64,000 bases of DNA from an uncultured bacterium. Its GTDB lineage: Bacteria; Chlamydiota; Chlamydiia; Chlamydiales; SM23-39. The stretch lies in contig OY970323.1 in assembly GCA_963716985.1 (NCBI GenBank), forward strand, positions 64,001 to 128,000, in the 5' to 3' direction. A program made the position numbers and the translations under genes. Every line of letters starts with the position of its first letter. The stretch's first letter is position 1. Positions 11,146 to 21,547 of this stretch are shown piece after piece. The notes beneath the pieces were generated by a model. That model did not search any database. It worked only from the letters and a program-made list of their open reading frames with translations, and was not told where the DNA came from.

Positions 11146-11790
11146 ATGCAAAGGATCTTTCAAATGCCTCTTCCTAAAAAAGGATTAACCCCCCTGGTGA
11201 TTGCCTCGTCGAATGTGCATAAAATTCGAGAAATCAAAGAAATGCTCAAAGAAACACTTTCGATCGATCTGCTCTCGCTAAGAGACTTCCCTCATTATCA
11301 ATCGCCGGAAGAAACGGCCGATTCCTTTAAAGGAAATGCAATCTTGAAAGCCACCCAAGCGGCAAAGAGCTTAAAACATTGGGCTCTTGGCGAAGATTCG
11401 GGACTTGTCGTTCCTGCGCTCGGAGGCGAGCCGGGAGTCTTTTCTGCACGCTATGCCGGCAACGATGCTTCCGATGCGGACAATCGAAATAAGCTTCTTT
11501 TCAAAATGCAGCATCTCATGGACACAGACAGAGACGCCTATTTTGCATGCTGCTTTGCTCTGGTCTCTCCCGAAGGCTCTTTAAAAAAAACCGCTTGCGC
11601 CACTTGCGAAGGAACCATTCTTCCTCAAGAAAAAGGCGGCAGCGGTTTTGGATATGACGCGCTCTTTATTAAGCATGGCTACAATAAAACCTTCGCTGAG
11701 CTAGAATCGAGCCTCAAAAACAAAACTTCTCATAGAAGAAAAGCGCTCGACAAGATGCTCACCTGCTTGGAAGAGATCTTTTGTTCTTAA
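11146..11790 (+). CDS. rdgB: non-canonical purine NTP pyrophosphatase (HAM1 family)
   Basis: ASSNVHK, EDSGL, PGVFSARY, GFGYD, SHRRKA. Confidence 0.95.
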   Translation: MQRIFQMPLPKKGLTPLVIASSNVHKIREIKEMLKETLSIDLLSLRDFPHYQSPEETADSFKGNAILKATQAAKSLKHWALGEDSGLVVPALGGEPGVFSARYAGNDASDADNRNKLLFKMQHLMDTDRDAYFACCFALVSPEGSLKKTACATCEGTILPQEKGGSGFGYDALFIKHGYNKTFAELESSLKNKTSHRRKALDKMLTCLEEIFCS

Positions 11791-11905
11791 GAATATGCGG
11801 GAAAGCATTTTCTTCGACCTCCCTCAAGGGCAGCAACAGATTTCCGTTTTAAAAAAACCACTTCTTTTCTAAATTTACATTCATTTTTTCAAGAAAGGAG
11901 AAACC

Positions 11906-12766
11906 ATGTCGGTCGAATCTCTCTCTTCTCCCGAGGATCTCGTAGCGCAATGTGCGGATCCTACTTTCTCTGATACGGATCTACCGGATAGCTCCTTGCT
12001 TTTTCAAAGGAGGATCGTCGATCTTTCATTGAAAGGAAAGAACACGGGAATAAGCCATTCTTTTTCTCTCTCTCATCTCTTCAAAAAATGGACCAACAGC
12101 TCGCCGGACCCTAAGACCCACCCCTCGCTCGGTGATTTGAATTTGGATGAGTTTTCGATTACGCCATCCAAGTGTTATGATTTAGAGCGACCGGAACTCG
12201 AGAGGGGAGAAATTGGCTTTATCAACGGCATTCTGACAGAATATCGCGAAGCTGAACAACATGCTTTTTTTCTCTCCTCCCTGGCAAAGGGGCGCAACAT
12301 TCACGGAGTCTATAAAGCAAGGAGGCCTTTGCATCTGGAGCTTCTTGAGAGTTTTTCTCCACTCGACACACCTCCCGTTTTTCTTCTGCAAAACCAGTGG
12401 AGATGTTTTTTTTCAGCGCATCCCGATCTCAAATATTTGCAAATCTGCCATAGCCAAGGAGCTCTTCATGTCAAAAAAGCGTTGATGGGACTAACGGACG
12501 AAGAGAGAAATAAAATCATCGTGGTTGCAATCGCGCCGCAAGAGCTGATCCCTAAAAATCTTTGCTACAAAGCCGACCATTATCTGAGCAGCGGCGATTT
12601 CATTCCCTTTTTGAGAACAAAAGAGAGCGAAGAGAGCCTTGCAAACGTACACATACGAGCGCCCGGCAAAAAAGCCCATCTTTTAGACCATGATTTTGAA
12701 AGTTTTTCCTATCGAGAAGCTCTCAGATTCCATATCGAGAGCTACATGGAGCATCCAGAGGGATAA
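11906..12766 (+). CDS. DUF687-like chlamydial alpha/beta-hydrolase-fold protein
   Basis: FINGI, CHSQGA nucleophile elbow, D..P and DHDF motifs. Confidence 0.65.
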   Translation: MSVESLSSPEDLVAQCADPTFSDTDLPDSSLLFQRRIVDLSLKGKNTGISHSFSLSHLFKKWTNSSPDPKTHPSLGDLNLDEFSITPSKCYDLERPELERGEIGFINGILTEYREAEQHAFFLSSLAKGRNIHGVYKARRPLHLELLESFSPLDTPPVFLLQNQWRCFFSAHPDLKYLQICHSQGALHVKKALMGLTDEERNKIIVVAIAPQELIPKNLCYKADHYLSSGDFIPFLRTKESEESLANVHIRAPGKKAHLLDHDFESFSYREALRFHIESYMEHPEG

Positions 12767-12773
12767 TCTTTCA

Positions 12774-13064
12774 TCAAAAGCGAATCTCGAATGCTCGGAA
12801 CTTTCTTTCTGTTTCAGAAAAAAAGCATTCCATGCGTGCAATGTTCTCTCTGTTTTTTTGATCGATCCTTTGCAAGAGCTCCTCGAGCAGATGTTTTTCT
12901 CCGATTGCCAAAAGCTCAACGGAGCCGTCGGAGTTGTTTTTCACCCAGCCGCCAAGATGAAGATCGGTGGCCATTTTTAAAATTGAGGAGCGAAACCCCA
13001 CTCCCTGCACTCTTCCAAAAAAACGAGCATGCAGCTCAAACCTCTTCAACACACTCCACCTCAT
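12774..13064 (-). CDS. acyP: acylphosphatase
   Basis: GRVQGVGFR, GWVKN..DGSVE. Confidence 0.9.
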   Translation of the reverse strand: MRWSVLKRFELHARFFGRVQGVGFRSSILKMATDLHLGGWVKNNSDGSVELLAIGEKHLLEELLQRIDQKNRENIARMECFFSETERKFRAFEIRF

Positions 13065-14034
13065 TTTGATCTGTAAAAAGAAGAATCGCTTCTTTCATCT
13101 CTTCGATCGTCCTCGATTGATTGCAGGCAACGCGCAATTTCTTAACGCCTCTGAGCCCCTTCAAATAGGCGCAGGCGATTCGCTTCATTTGAAAAATGAC
13201 CTTTTCCGGCGGATAATACTCTTCTAAATAGGAAAAATGCAGAGCTAATATTTCCAAAGGAGAGGGAGCGTGAAAAGGAATTCCTAAAAAGGATGAGCGA
13301 ATCTCTTGCACGATCCAGGGAGCGGTTAGAGCCGACCGAGCAACCATCAAACCGTCGCAGCGGCTCTTCTCAAAGAGTAGGCGGGCAGATCGTGCATCTT
13401 GCACATCGCCGTTGCCAAAGACCAAGATTTTCTTGGCGCACCTTTTTCCCTCTTCAATATGGGAGGGATTCGAAAGCCCTTCATATTTTTGACACCTCGT
13501 CCTTCCGTGAATCGTAATCGCTGAAGCCCCCTCCTCCTCTGCTATCTGCACAAGTTCGGATACGCAAATATGATTTGCATCCCAGCCGCTGCGCACTTTG
13601 ATTGTAACCGGAATTTTTACGGAAGAAACAATCGCAAAGATCATTTTTCGCAAAAGAAGAAGGTCGCGAAGGAGCGCAGAGCCGCTTCCGTCTTTTGTGA
13701 CCTTATCTACGGGACATCCGCAATTGAGATCGATCAGATCAAACCCAAGATCTTCTATGAATTTTGCAGCCTCTGCGGCAATCACAGGATTGCTTCCGCA
13801 CATCTGGGCGCCCAATGGGTGCATCCGGCTTCCATATTCGAGCATGCGAAGCGTTTCTCCGCACCTTCGCACAACCGCTTCGATCTTCACCATTTCGCAA
13901 AAGAAAAGGCCCGGGCGGAACTGAGAGGCAATGCGGCGAAAGGGCAGGTCCGTATGTCCGGCCATCGGAGCATAGAAAATGTTATTGGGCAAAAGCAAGG
14001 ACCCCAAGCGAAACTCTTCTTGATAACGGCTCAT
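13036..14034 (-). CDS. dusB: tRNA-dihydrouridine synthase
   Basis: APMAG, DLNCGCP, TIKVRSGW, IHGRT, NGDV; start placed at MSRYQ, overlapping the yggT stop. Confidence 0.9.
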   Translation of the reverse strand: MSRYQEEFRLGSLLLPNNIFYAPMAGHTDLPFRRIASQFRPGLFFCEMVKIEAVVRRCGETLRMLEYGSRMHPLGAQMCGSNPVIAAEAAKFIEDLGFDLIDLNCGCPVDKVTKDGSGSALLRDLLLLRKMIFAIVSSVKIPVTIKVRSGWDANHICVSELVQIAEEEGASAITIHGRTRCQKYEGLSNPSHIEEGKRCAKKILVFGNGDVQDARSARLLFEKSRCDGLMVARSALTAPWIVQEIRSSFLGIPFHAPSPLEILALHFSYLEEYYPPEKVIFQMKRIACAYLKGLRGVKKLRVACNQSRTIEEMKEAILLFTDQNEVECVEEV

Positions 14035-14288
14035 GAAAAAAACCGCAAAAGAAACTTTTCTAAAAATTGCAACGCAAAAAAAGCCAAGAGGGGACTCAAA
14101 TCCACCATTCCGCCGATGGGAGGTATCATCCTTCTGAAAAGATGCAAAAAAGGCTCTGTATAAAAGGCGATAAACTGCATCCACTTAGAATTGCGAAAGG
14201 AGGGGAACCAAGATCCCATCACGCGCAAGAAGATAAGAACCGTATAGACTTTGAAAATCAATTGTATGATCGCTGCAATCATGGGCAA
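14031..14288 (-). CDS. yggT: YggT family membrane protein
   Basis: TEPFL..FRR.IPPIGG.DLSP. Confidence 0.9.
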   Translation of the reverse strand: MPMIAAIIQLIFKVYTVLIFLRVMGSWFPSFRNSKWMQFIAFYTEPFLHLFRRMIPPIGGMVDLSPLLAFFALQFLEKFLLRFFS

Positions 14289-14425
14289 TCCCTTAAGTGT
14301 TAACCTTGTTATTATAATGGTTTTTTTCTATTAGAAAAAGCCCAAATCCGAAGTCTATAATTTTTTTTACCATTCCATTCTTTCTCTCCAACCTCTATTA
14401 TAGTGAAAATTTTTTTCGGTTTTTT

Positions 14426-15850
14426 ATGGAAACAGTTGGACTCGAGCTTGGTAAAAATCTTTTTCGCATCGCCCATTTGACCAAGAGAGGATCCTCTATC
14501 GCCATCTCTTCGCTTCAAGAAGAGGCGAATGTAAAGCTGCTTGACCTCGACCTTTCAAAAAAAAGAATCGTCACGGGACTCGACCCCTCGGACCTCCTCC
14601 TCAAACCCCTGCTCATTAAACTGCAAAGGCCCAGAGATCTAAAAAAAGCCCTCCCATTTCAAACACAAACGCTCACCTCCCTTCCCTACGAAGAAGCTCT
14701 TTTTATTCCCCGCTGCGTCCGCAAAGATCAAGAAGGATTCCACCTTCTCTATTTCATCACCCTGAAAGAAGCAGTAAGGGCTCATTTGGAAAAACACGCT
14801 CCCTTTTCTCTGGATCCCGATCTTGTCTCTGCCACCCCCTTGGCCCTCGCAAGATTTGCGGAGTTTCTCTTTCCCTCTCTCTCTTCTTTCTATCTGCTCC
14901 ACATCGAGCAGGACCGCGTCCTTTGCCTCAACATTGAAAACCATCTTCCCACGAAAGTGATGACATTCGATAGCGAAGAAAATTTGCAAAAGGGAAAAGG
15001 GAAAAACCCTTTGGAAATGAACGACTTCTTCAAGCAAAGAATCGAACATGTCTTTGCCTCATTCGGGGCGAAGGAAAAACTTCCCCTGCTTCTCACCGGA
15101 GAAAAAGAACTTGTCCCGGCAAGCGAAGATTTTTGGGCCTCCTCTTTTTCCTCTACTCTTTCACACGTTCTTCCAATTCCGGAAAAGGAGGGCCGCTTTG
15201 CCATTGCCATTGGCCTATGCCTGGATGCTTTGAGCCCCAATCCACTCTCTTTTCGGCAACAAGAACTCACACCAAAAAAACACCTCTCTTCTTTGGGTAA
15301 AAAAATCGTTTTCTCGCTTCTTTTTCTTCTCTCTCTCTTCGTTTTCTTGGGAATCGGCGGAGAGTTTTTTTTCAAAAAAAGAAGGGCTCTTTTCGAAAAA
15401 AAAATTGAGGAGCTGTCCCAAGCTGAAGTTGGGGAAAAAAAATCTCTCTCTGCTCTCGAAAAAATCCTCAAAAAAGAGGGCAAAGACTTTCCCTTCTACT
15501 TACAAGTTCCCCCGGCTTCTTCCGTTCTTTATTGGCTGAAGGCGCACCCCGTTTTTGGGAAGGAAGCGGAAAACAAGCCTCTTTTTGAACTGACAAATTT
15601 TCATTATGAACTTTTGGAAATGCCCACCCTTCAAGATCCTCAAAAACCAAGTATTGCCCATGTGGAAATAGAATTTGTTGCATCCGATCTTTTTTGGGCG
15701 CGAGCATTTCATGAATCGCTCCTTGAAGAAAGTCCATTCTTGGACAAAAAAGAAGTGGAATGGGAAGCGCTGTCGGAAAATCGATACAGGGCCTCCTTTT
15801 ATTTAAAACCCCTCTCGTTGAAGGACCTTTATGATGCAAAAAACCTTTGA
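14426..15850 (+). CDS. conserved chlamydial protein with PilM/GspL-like layout (actin-like N-terminus, TM, periplasmic part)
   Basis: N-terminal VGLELG..FRIAHL; FAIAIGLCL followed by a TM; position after yggT as in Chlamydia. Confidence 0.6.
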   Translation: METVGLELGKNLFRIAHLTKRGSSIAISSLQEEANVKLLDLDLSKKRIVTGLDPSDLLLKPLLIKLQRPRDLKKALPFQTQTLTSLPYEEALFIPRCVRKDQEGFHLLYFITLKEAVRAHLEKHAPFSLDPDLVSATPLALARFAEFLFPSLSSFYLLHIEQDRVLCLNIENHLPTKVMTFDSEENLQKGKGKNPLEMNDFFKQRIEHVFASFGAKEKLPLLLTGEKELVPASEDFWASSFSSTLSHVLPIPEKEGRFAIAIGLCLDALSPNPLSFRQQELTPKKHLSSLGKKIVFSLLFLLSLFVFLGIGGEFFFKKRRALFEKKIEELSQAEVGEKKSLSALEKILKKEGKDFPFYLQVPPASSVLYWLKAHPVFGKEAENKPLFELTNFHYELLEMPTLQDPQKPSIAHVEIEFVASDLFWARAFHESLLEESPFLDKKEVEWEALSENRYRASFYLKPLSLKDLYDAKNL

Positions 15851-16475
15851 AACGATTGGCAAACTCTCCCTTCGCCGGCATTTTTTTTCCTTTTTTTCTT
15901 TCGGGCTCATTGTCTGCTCGCTTTGTTTTTTTTCTTTTTTTGTTTTAAAAAAAAGAGAGCTCGAAGAGTTGTCCCATCGTATGGAAAACATTTATGAAAC
16001 TAGAAACAGTACTCTCGAAAAAAGAGTTTTGAAAAAAAACTTTTTTTCCCGCTATCGAGCATGTGACCCTCTTTATCTCGAAAAGCATGTGGAAACCCTC
16101 GGATTGCTTTCCCGCGAAATCGAAGAGCTCTACTCTCTTCTGAATCATCCCGCCTTCTGCATGAGAGAATCGCTGCATAAGCGGCTGCAATTTTTAACAA
16201 GCCCGCGCAACCGGATTGTTTTCCAAGAAGAAAATACCCAACGCTCCCGCCAGATGAAAGAAGCCCAAGTTTCTTTCCTTCATCCGGTGGAGATGGACCT
16301 GGATGATCTGGAAAAGACGCTCTCTCTCATCGAAGGGGTCGTGATCCAAGACCCGCTTCCTTTGGGAAGGCCTCAGCTCATCATTCAAAAGTTGGAAATG
16401 AAAAAAAAGCAGAAAGAGGAAGAAAAAGAAACCTTTGTCATTCAAATGCAACTTCTCAAAAGGGAATTTTTATGA
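15831..16475 (+). CDS. conserved chlamydial bitopic membrane protein
   Basis: N-terminal TM plus coiled coil; overlaps both neighbours. Confidence 0.6.
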   Translation: MMQKTFETIGKLSLRRHFFSFFSFGLIVCSLCFFSFFVLKKRELEELSHRMENIYETRNSTLEKRVLKKNFFSRYRACDPLYLEKHVETLGLLSREIEELYSLLNHPAFCMRESLHKRLQFLTSPRNRIVFQEENTQRSRQMKEAQVSFLHPVEMDLDDLEKTLSLIEGVVIQDPLPLGRPQLIIQKLEMKKKQKEEEKETFVIQMQLLKREFL

Positions 16476-17737
16476 AAAAAATTTGGACGTTTTTTCTTTT
16501 CGCATCCCTTTTCGGGTGCCACCCTAAAGAAAGCAAAGAGAATCTTTCTTGCATTCAGCTCATCAATCGCAACGGCTTTAGCGAAACCATCGGCACAAAG
16601 GAGCGGCTGACCGCCTTCCAATCGATGAACTTTCAAGCGCCGCAGCCCTATTCGCAGGTCTTGCGCATTTATAAGAAAACGGAAGAGGGGAAAACCCCCT
16701 CCATTGTGACCACCTACCATCCCAATGGACTTCCCCATCAATATCTTGAAATCATCGACGGCCGTGCATTTGGGGCCTATCGAGAGTGGCACTCGAACGG
16801 ACAATTAAAGATCGAGGCGCGAGTAGTGGGGGGCTCCGCCGACCTTTCCTCCTTTTCGCAAAAAGATTGGCTTTTCGACGGCGTTTGCAAAAGTTTCGAT
16901 GAAGAGGGGCATCTTCTCTCGGAAATCCCTTATGAAAAGGGCGCTTTCGAAGGAGTTGCTATCTATTACTTTCCCGATGGCGTCATGCAAAAAAAGATCC
17001 CTTACGCGCAAAACGAGCTCCATGGCAACTGGATCGAATTTTCTCCCACAGGCATCTTATTGCAGCAAAGTTCCTATGTGAAGGGAAAAAAAGAGGGCAT
17101 TTCGATTGGTTTTTGGGAGAATCAAAAACCCTGTTTTTTTGAAGAATATGACAGGGGACTCTTGAAAAAGGGAGAATATTTTTCTTCTTTTTCCCAATCG
17201 ATGGGCGGTGTGGAAAATGGAAAGGGGGTGCGCGTTGTTTTTCAAAAAGAGGGGTTTTATGAGCTCGTCGATTATCAAAATGGACTCGCGGAAGGGAAGG
17301 TAGAGCGTTACAACAACAATGACGAACTGCTTCACCTTTTTCATGTACAAAACGACCAAAAGCAGGGAGAAGAAATCTTCTTCTGGCCAAAAATCGATTC
17401 GCAAAAACCAATTCCCAAGATCTCTCTCTTTTGGGAAGAGGGAATGATCCATGGCTCGGTCAAGAGCTGGTATGAAAACGGCTCTTTGGAGAGCCAAAAA
17501 GAATTGCGCAGAAACAAAAAAAATGGCCCCTGCACCTGCTGGTATCCAAACGGCTCTTTGATGATCGTGGAGGAGTATGAAGACGATCTTCTTCTAGAAG
17601 GAAAATATTTCAAGCCCTATCAGTCCATTTTCGTTTCTTCGGTTACTAGAGGGGAGGGAGAGGCGACGCTGTTTGATAAAGAGGGGATTTTTTTAAGAAA
17701 AATTCGCTATTATAAGGGAAAGCCCCAAGAGCAATAA
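16472..17737 (+). CDS. MORN-variant/YwqK-like repeat lipoprotein
   Basis: Lipobox LFGC; repeated G...xYxNG motifs. Confidence 0.8.
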   Translation: MKKIWTFFLFASLFGCHPKESKENLSCIQLINRNGFSETIGTKERLTAFQSMNFQAPQPYSQVLRIYKKTEEGKTPSIVTTYHPNGLPHQYLEIIDGRAFGAYREWHSNGQLKIEARVVGGSADLSSFSQKDWLFDGVCKSFDEEGHLLSEIPYEKGAFEGVAIYYFPDGVMQKKIPYAQNELHGNWIEFSPTGILLQQSSYVKGKKEGISIGFWENQKPCFFEEYDRGLLKKGEYFSSFSQSMGGVENGKGVRVVFQKEGFYELVDYQNGLAEGKVERYNNNDELLHLFHVQNDQKQGEEIFFWPKIDSQKPIPKISLFWEEGMIHGSVKSWYENGSLESQKELRRNKKNGPCTCWYPNGSLMIVEEYEDDLLLEGKYFKPYQSIFVSSVTRGEGEATLFDKEGIFLRKIRYYKGKPQEQ

Positions 17738-17738
17738 A

Positions 17739-18278
17739 GTGGATACCAAAGAAACCATTCGCAACACCCTTCGAGAGATCAGAAAAAATATCAAACCGAA
17801 AAGGCGCGAAGAGGCAAGGAAAAACGCCTTTCTTTTTCTGAAGGTGCGGCTGGCTCAGTTTCAAAGGATTCTCTCCTTTGTAAGCACGCAAGAAGAACTC
17901 GACCTGACCCCTCTCAACGAATGGCTCTGCTCCGAAAAAAAACTCTACCTTCCCAAAATCCATGAAAACCATCTGCTCGTCTTCCAGGTCAAAGATCTTA
18001 AGACTGAGCTGCTTTTCCATTCTCGCTTTCCCATTCAAGAGCCCAATGACAAACTCTGTAAGGAAGTCTCTCTTTCCGCGATCGATTGCATTCTTGTTCC
18101 CGCAATTGCTTTTGACGCGAAAAGATACCGCTTAGGATTTGGAAAGGGATTTTACGATCGTTTGTTGGAAAAAAGCCACGCCCATTCCATCGGGATCGGA
18201 TTTAAGGAACAGATGAGCCCCTCGTTACTTCCGATAGAGCCGCATGATCAAAAACTCTCTGAGCTTGCCCTATTTTGA
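17739..18278 (+). CDS. ygfA: 5-formyltetrahydrofolate cyclo-ligase
   Basis: LVPAIAFD...RLGFGKGFYDR, EPHD. Confidence 0.95.
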   Translation: MDTKETIRNTLREIRKNIKPKRREEARKNAFLFLKVRLAQFQRILSFVSTQEELDLTPLNEWLCSEKKLYLPKIHENHLLVFQVKDLKTELLFHSRFPIQEPNDKLCKEVSLSAIDCILVPAIAFDAKRYRLGFGKGFYDRLLEKSHAHSIGIGFKEQMSPSLLPIEPHDQKLSELALF

Positions 18279-18683
18279 AGGAGGGCAGGCGGGACAGGGC
18301 GGACATTGAGGGCATTTCGGCTTTTCTTCTCCCTCTTGTTTTGGCTGACAGAAATGAAGCCCCGGACAGGCCATCGCCCGCACGTTGGCGGCTGTCGAAA
18401 CGTCATTGCACATGGAAAAGTTCTCGCCATGGGAACACCTCCAAATCACCGTATAGGGCGTTTGCGAAGAGGAGGGAGTGGTGGGAATCTTTAAGGGAGT
18501 TGTCGACACATTTTCTGCCCAATTGGCCTGCTCGCCCGGCTGCACGACAGTCTGCCCCAAATAGACGCCGCTGGCAGAATAGACAACAGCCGTTAATTCG
18601 TAAGGGGTATCATTATATAAGACAAGAGAGCTTGCCCCTACCGAAAAGGCAAAAAGTAGAAATAAGAAAAAAAGTTTTTTCAT
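18270..18683 (-). CDS. secreted hypothetical protein with Cys/Pro-rich tail
   Basis: Signal peptide MKKLFFLFLL; tail CPQCPPCPACPP; ATGA overlap with the oppA stop. Confidence 0.7.
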   Translation of the reverse strand: MKKLFFLFLLFAFSVGASSLVLYNDTPYELTAVVYSASGVYLGQTVVQPGEQANWAENVSTTPLKIPTTPSSSQTPYTVIWRCSHGENFSMCNDVSTAANVRAMACPGLHFCQPKQEGEEKPKCPQCPPCPACPPSK

Positions 18684-20260
18684 CGAGAGACCTCCACCCA
18701 TTTGAACTCCACATATCCTAAAGGAGATACGTAAACCCCTTTTATCTCATTTTTCTTTAAATAACAAAGAGATGCTTGATAGATCGGAATGATGGGCATC
18801 TCCTTCATGAGAACTTCTTGCGCTTCTTGCAAAAGCTGCTCCCTCATTTTTTTATTGGTCATATCCTCCGATTGGTCCAGAAGATGAATATACTCCTGGT
18901 TTTGCCAGAAGGTATGATTGCATTTTCCGTCTTTGTATTTAAAGAGCTCCAAAAAATTGATGGGATCGTTGAAATCGGCAAACCAGGAAGAAATGGCCAG
19001 CTGATAATTTCCTCTCGCAACCGCATCATAAAAAATCTTCGGCTCTACTGCCTGCAGCTCGACCGTCAGCCCAAGCGATTCTTTCCACTCTCTTTGAAGG
19101 GCCTGCGCAATCAGATGATTGACCTCTTGGGAAATATAAGAAAGTTTGATCGGAAGAATCTCTTCTTTTTTCATTCCGGTTTCTTGAAGAAATTCCTGAA
19201 AAAAAGTCGCAGCAGATGTTTCTCTTTGGCCTGCTTGTGAAGATAATAGAGCTGATGGGACAAGATCTGCCGTTGGAAGCTGGCCTCCGGGCAAAAGATG
19301 GGAAATCATAAACGAGCGATCGATCGAAGAAGAGAGCGCTTTTCGAAAGGATCTACATCCCAACAATCCCTTTGCATTCTCATCCGCAGTATTGACTCTT
19401 AAAAAGATGGTTCCCGAATAAAGAGCCGTGGAGAAAAGAGGACTCTGTTTCAAATTTTTCAAAGCATCCAAAGGGAGTGTGGAGAAGGGAGATCCTGCCC
19501 AGTCCAGATCGCCGGATTCAAACATCGAAAGCTCCACTTCGGGAGACACCATAATGAAAAAAATGGAGGGAAGCTTTACGTTTTTTTCATCCCAATAAGC
19601 GGCATTCTTTTCTACCCTCAAAAGATCTTGATGCTTCCATTGTTTCAGACAAAAAGGACCGTTGCAAATGAAGCCCTCTGCTTCGGAACACCAGGACTTT
19701 TTGGCCTCTTCTGCTTTTTTAGGAACCGCAAAGCTAATCGGCGTTGAAAGAATTTCTAAAAAATAGGGAGCCGCATGTTCCAATTCAACGATGAGGGTCT
19801 TGTCGTTCGGGGTATGAATGGCAATTTCGTCTACGGAAATCTTTCCTTCCTTAGCAGCCCTGGCCCCTTTTATTATATAGAGCTGTTCTGCGCGGGGAGA
19901 GGGAAACTGGGGATCCAATGATTTTCTCCAGCTATAAGCAAAATCATGTGCAGTGATCGGATCGCCGTTGCTCCAAAAAGATTCTCTGATCGTAAAAATA
20001 TATTGTTTGCCATCCGAAGAAACCTCGATCTTTTCCGCCAAAGCGCTCTCCGGCCTTCCTTCTCTGGAAACGCGTGTTAATCCTTCGAATAAAACACGGC
20101 ACATGCCACTTGAATTCAGATCTCTGGCTTTTCTTGGATCCAAGGTAATCGGCTCAGAACCTATATTGACACGCAAACCGCCTTTTGCCACAATCGAAGT
20201 TTGTTGTTGCGAACAGCTGGCAAGAAGTAAAAAAAGAAAAAGAGTTCGTAAAATTTTCAT
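18680..20260 (-). CDS. oppA: peptide ABC transporter substrate-binding lipoprotein
   Basis: Lipobox LASC; EPITLDP, LFEGL, WSNGDPITAHDF, NGPF. Confidence 0.9.
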   Translation of the reverse strand: MKILRTLFLFLLLASCSQQQTSIVAKGGLRVNIGSEPITLDPRKARDLNSSGMCRVLFEGLTRVSREGRPESALAEKIEVSSDGKQYIFTIRESFWSNGDPITAHDFAYSWRKSLDPQFPSPRAEQLYIIKGARAAKEGKISVDEIAIHTPNDKTLIVELEHAAPYFLEILSTPISFAVPKKAEEAKKSWCSEAEGFICNGPFCLKQWKHQDLLRVEKNAAYWDEKNVKLPSIFFIMVSPEVELSMFESGDLDWAGSPFSTLPLDALKNLKQSPLFSTALYSGTIFLRVNTADENAKGLLGCRSFRKALSSSIDRSFMISHLLPGGQLPTADLVPSALLSSQAGQRETSAATFFQEFLQETGMKKEEILPIKLSYISQEVNHLIAQALQREWKESLGLTVELQAVEPKIFYDAVARGNYQLAISSWFADFNDPINFLELFKYKDGKCNHTFWQNQEYIHLLDQSEDMTNKKMREQLLQEAQEVLMKEMPIIPIYQASLCYLKKNEIKGVYVSPLGYVEFKWVEVSR

Positions 20261-20314
20261 GCTTTTGCCTTTTTGAAGACTATCTTCTTAAATTTATCCC
20301 AAAGAGAAGAATTA

Positions 20315-21115
20315 ATGCACCACCTCTTTGTCCTATCATCTCTTCCAACGCCCGTCTTGAACACGCCCCATTTCTCTTGCGTCTTCGGCGGAAAAAATCG
20401 CGACCGCCTCCTTCTGGATGAAAAGGGGCATATGCGCGCTTTGGAATTCGTGGCGCTGAGCGGCACGCTTTTTCAAGTTCTTGAAGAATTTCCAGACTTT
20501 ATTCTGCGGGTAGCAATTCCCGGCTATTCTTCTCAGGGCATTTTTTTTATCGACTCGCGCTTCACCCGTCCTTGTGGGCCCGAAAAAGAAACCTTCTCTT
20601 CTTTGCCAAAACCAGATCTATTGCTCGCTCGACTTGAAAAACTTTTGGGAGTTTCCTATCTTTGGGGAGGAAATTATAGTCCCGGCATTCCGGAAATTTT
20701 CTCTTTTTACCCCCCCGCCGTAGCACTCGACCCCATAACAAAAAACCACTGGATGCTGAAAGGGGCTGACTGTTCGGGCATTCTTTATGAAATTACTGAA
20801 GGAAAAACACCGAGAAACACCTCCTCTCTCGTCCATTTTGGAGAGCCGGTTCCCATCGAGGGGTTGGAAATAAACCGCCTACCCTCCCTTTTGCGCCCGC
20901 TTGATCTGATTGTTTATGTGGGCCATTTGATCATCGTTTTTGATTCTTCTTCTACCATTGAAAGCCGCGAACGAAAGGGGGTAGTCAAAACTCCAATTGG
21001 AGAGAGGTTGGAAGAACTTTTTGCCACGCGAATACCCTCTAATTCATGGCCGATAGGGGAAAAAACAAGCAGACCTTCTTTTGTCATACGCCGCTTTCTG
21101 AAGGAAGACTCTTGA
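20315..21115 (+). CDS. NlpC/P60-family cysteine peptidase-like protein
   Basis: YLWGG, GADCSG, GHL; start uncertain. Confidence 0.75.
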   Translation: MHHLFVLSSLPTPVLNTPHFSCVFGGKNRDRLLLDEKGHMRALEFVALSGTLFQVLEEFPDFILRVAIPGYSSQGIFFIDSRFTRPCGPEKETFSSLPKPDLLLARLEKLLGVSYLWGGNYSPGIPEIFSFYPPAVALDPITKNHWMLKGADCSGILYEITEGKTPRNTSSLVHFGEPVPIEGLEINRLPSLLRPLDLIVYVGHLIIVFDSSSTIESRERKGVVKTPIGERLEELFATRIPSNSWPIGEKTSRPSFVIRRFLKEDS

Positions 21116-21547
21116 AAGAAAGCGGTCTTCCGTGTTTTTTAGCAACTCTGCATATTGAAGTCCCCCCTGTCCCATCTGGAAGAGGAAAAGAGCCTCCAAA
21201 AGTTTGGAGGCTCTTTTCTGAAATACTGAAAAAATGCCAGAGGGTCGGAATTTTTCAAGAATTTCGCTGCCTTTCGTTTTTCGAACAACAAAAATTCTCC
21301 ATTGCATCGAGTAAATGGCTTTACACTTGCCACAACAAATTGATCGTTAGAACATTAAGCCAAAAAAAATACACACAGGGCGTGTGTGAATATTTTTCAA
21401 AAAAGATTGATTTAGAGACTTTTGCGCTTCACAAAAAAAAACAATTGCTTGCAAAAAAAAATTTAATATGAGATACGAAAGGTAAGAAAAAAAAGCACGG
21501 TCGTTCGTGCACTAACAAACTTCCATTTAAGAAGGGGGAACAACCAA

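Noticed and set aside
14035..14184. N-terminal extension of dusB in the ORF track
   Set aside because: Overlaps yggT on the same strand; the start at 14034 gives a normal ATGA coupling.
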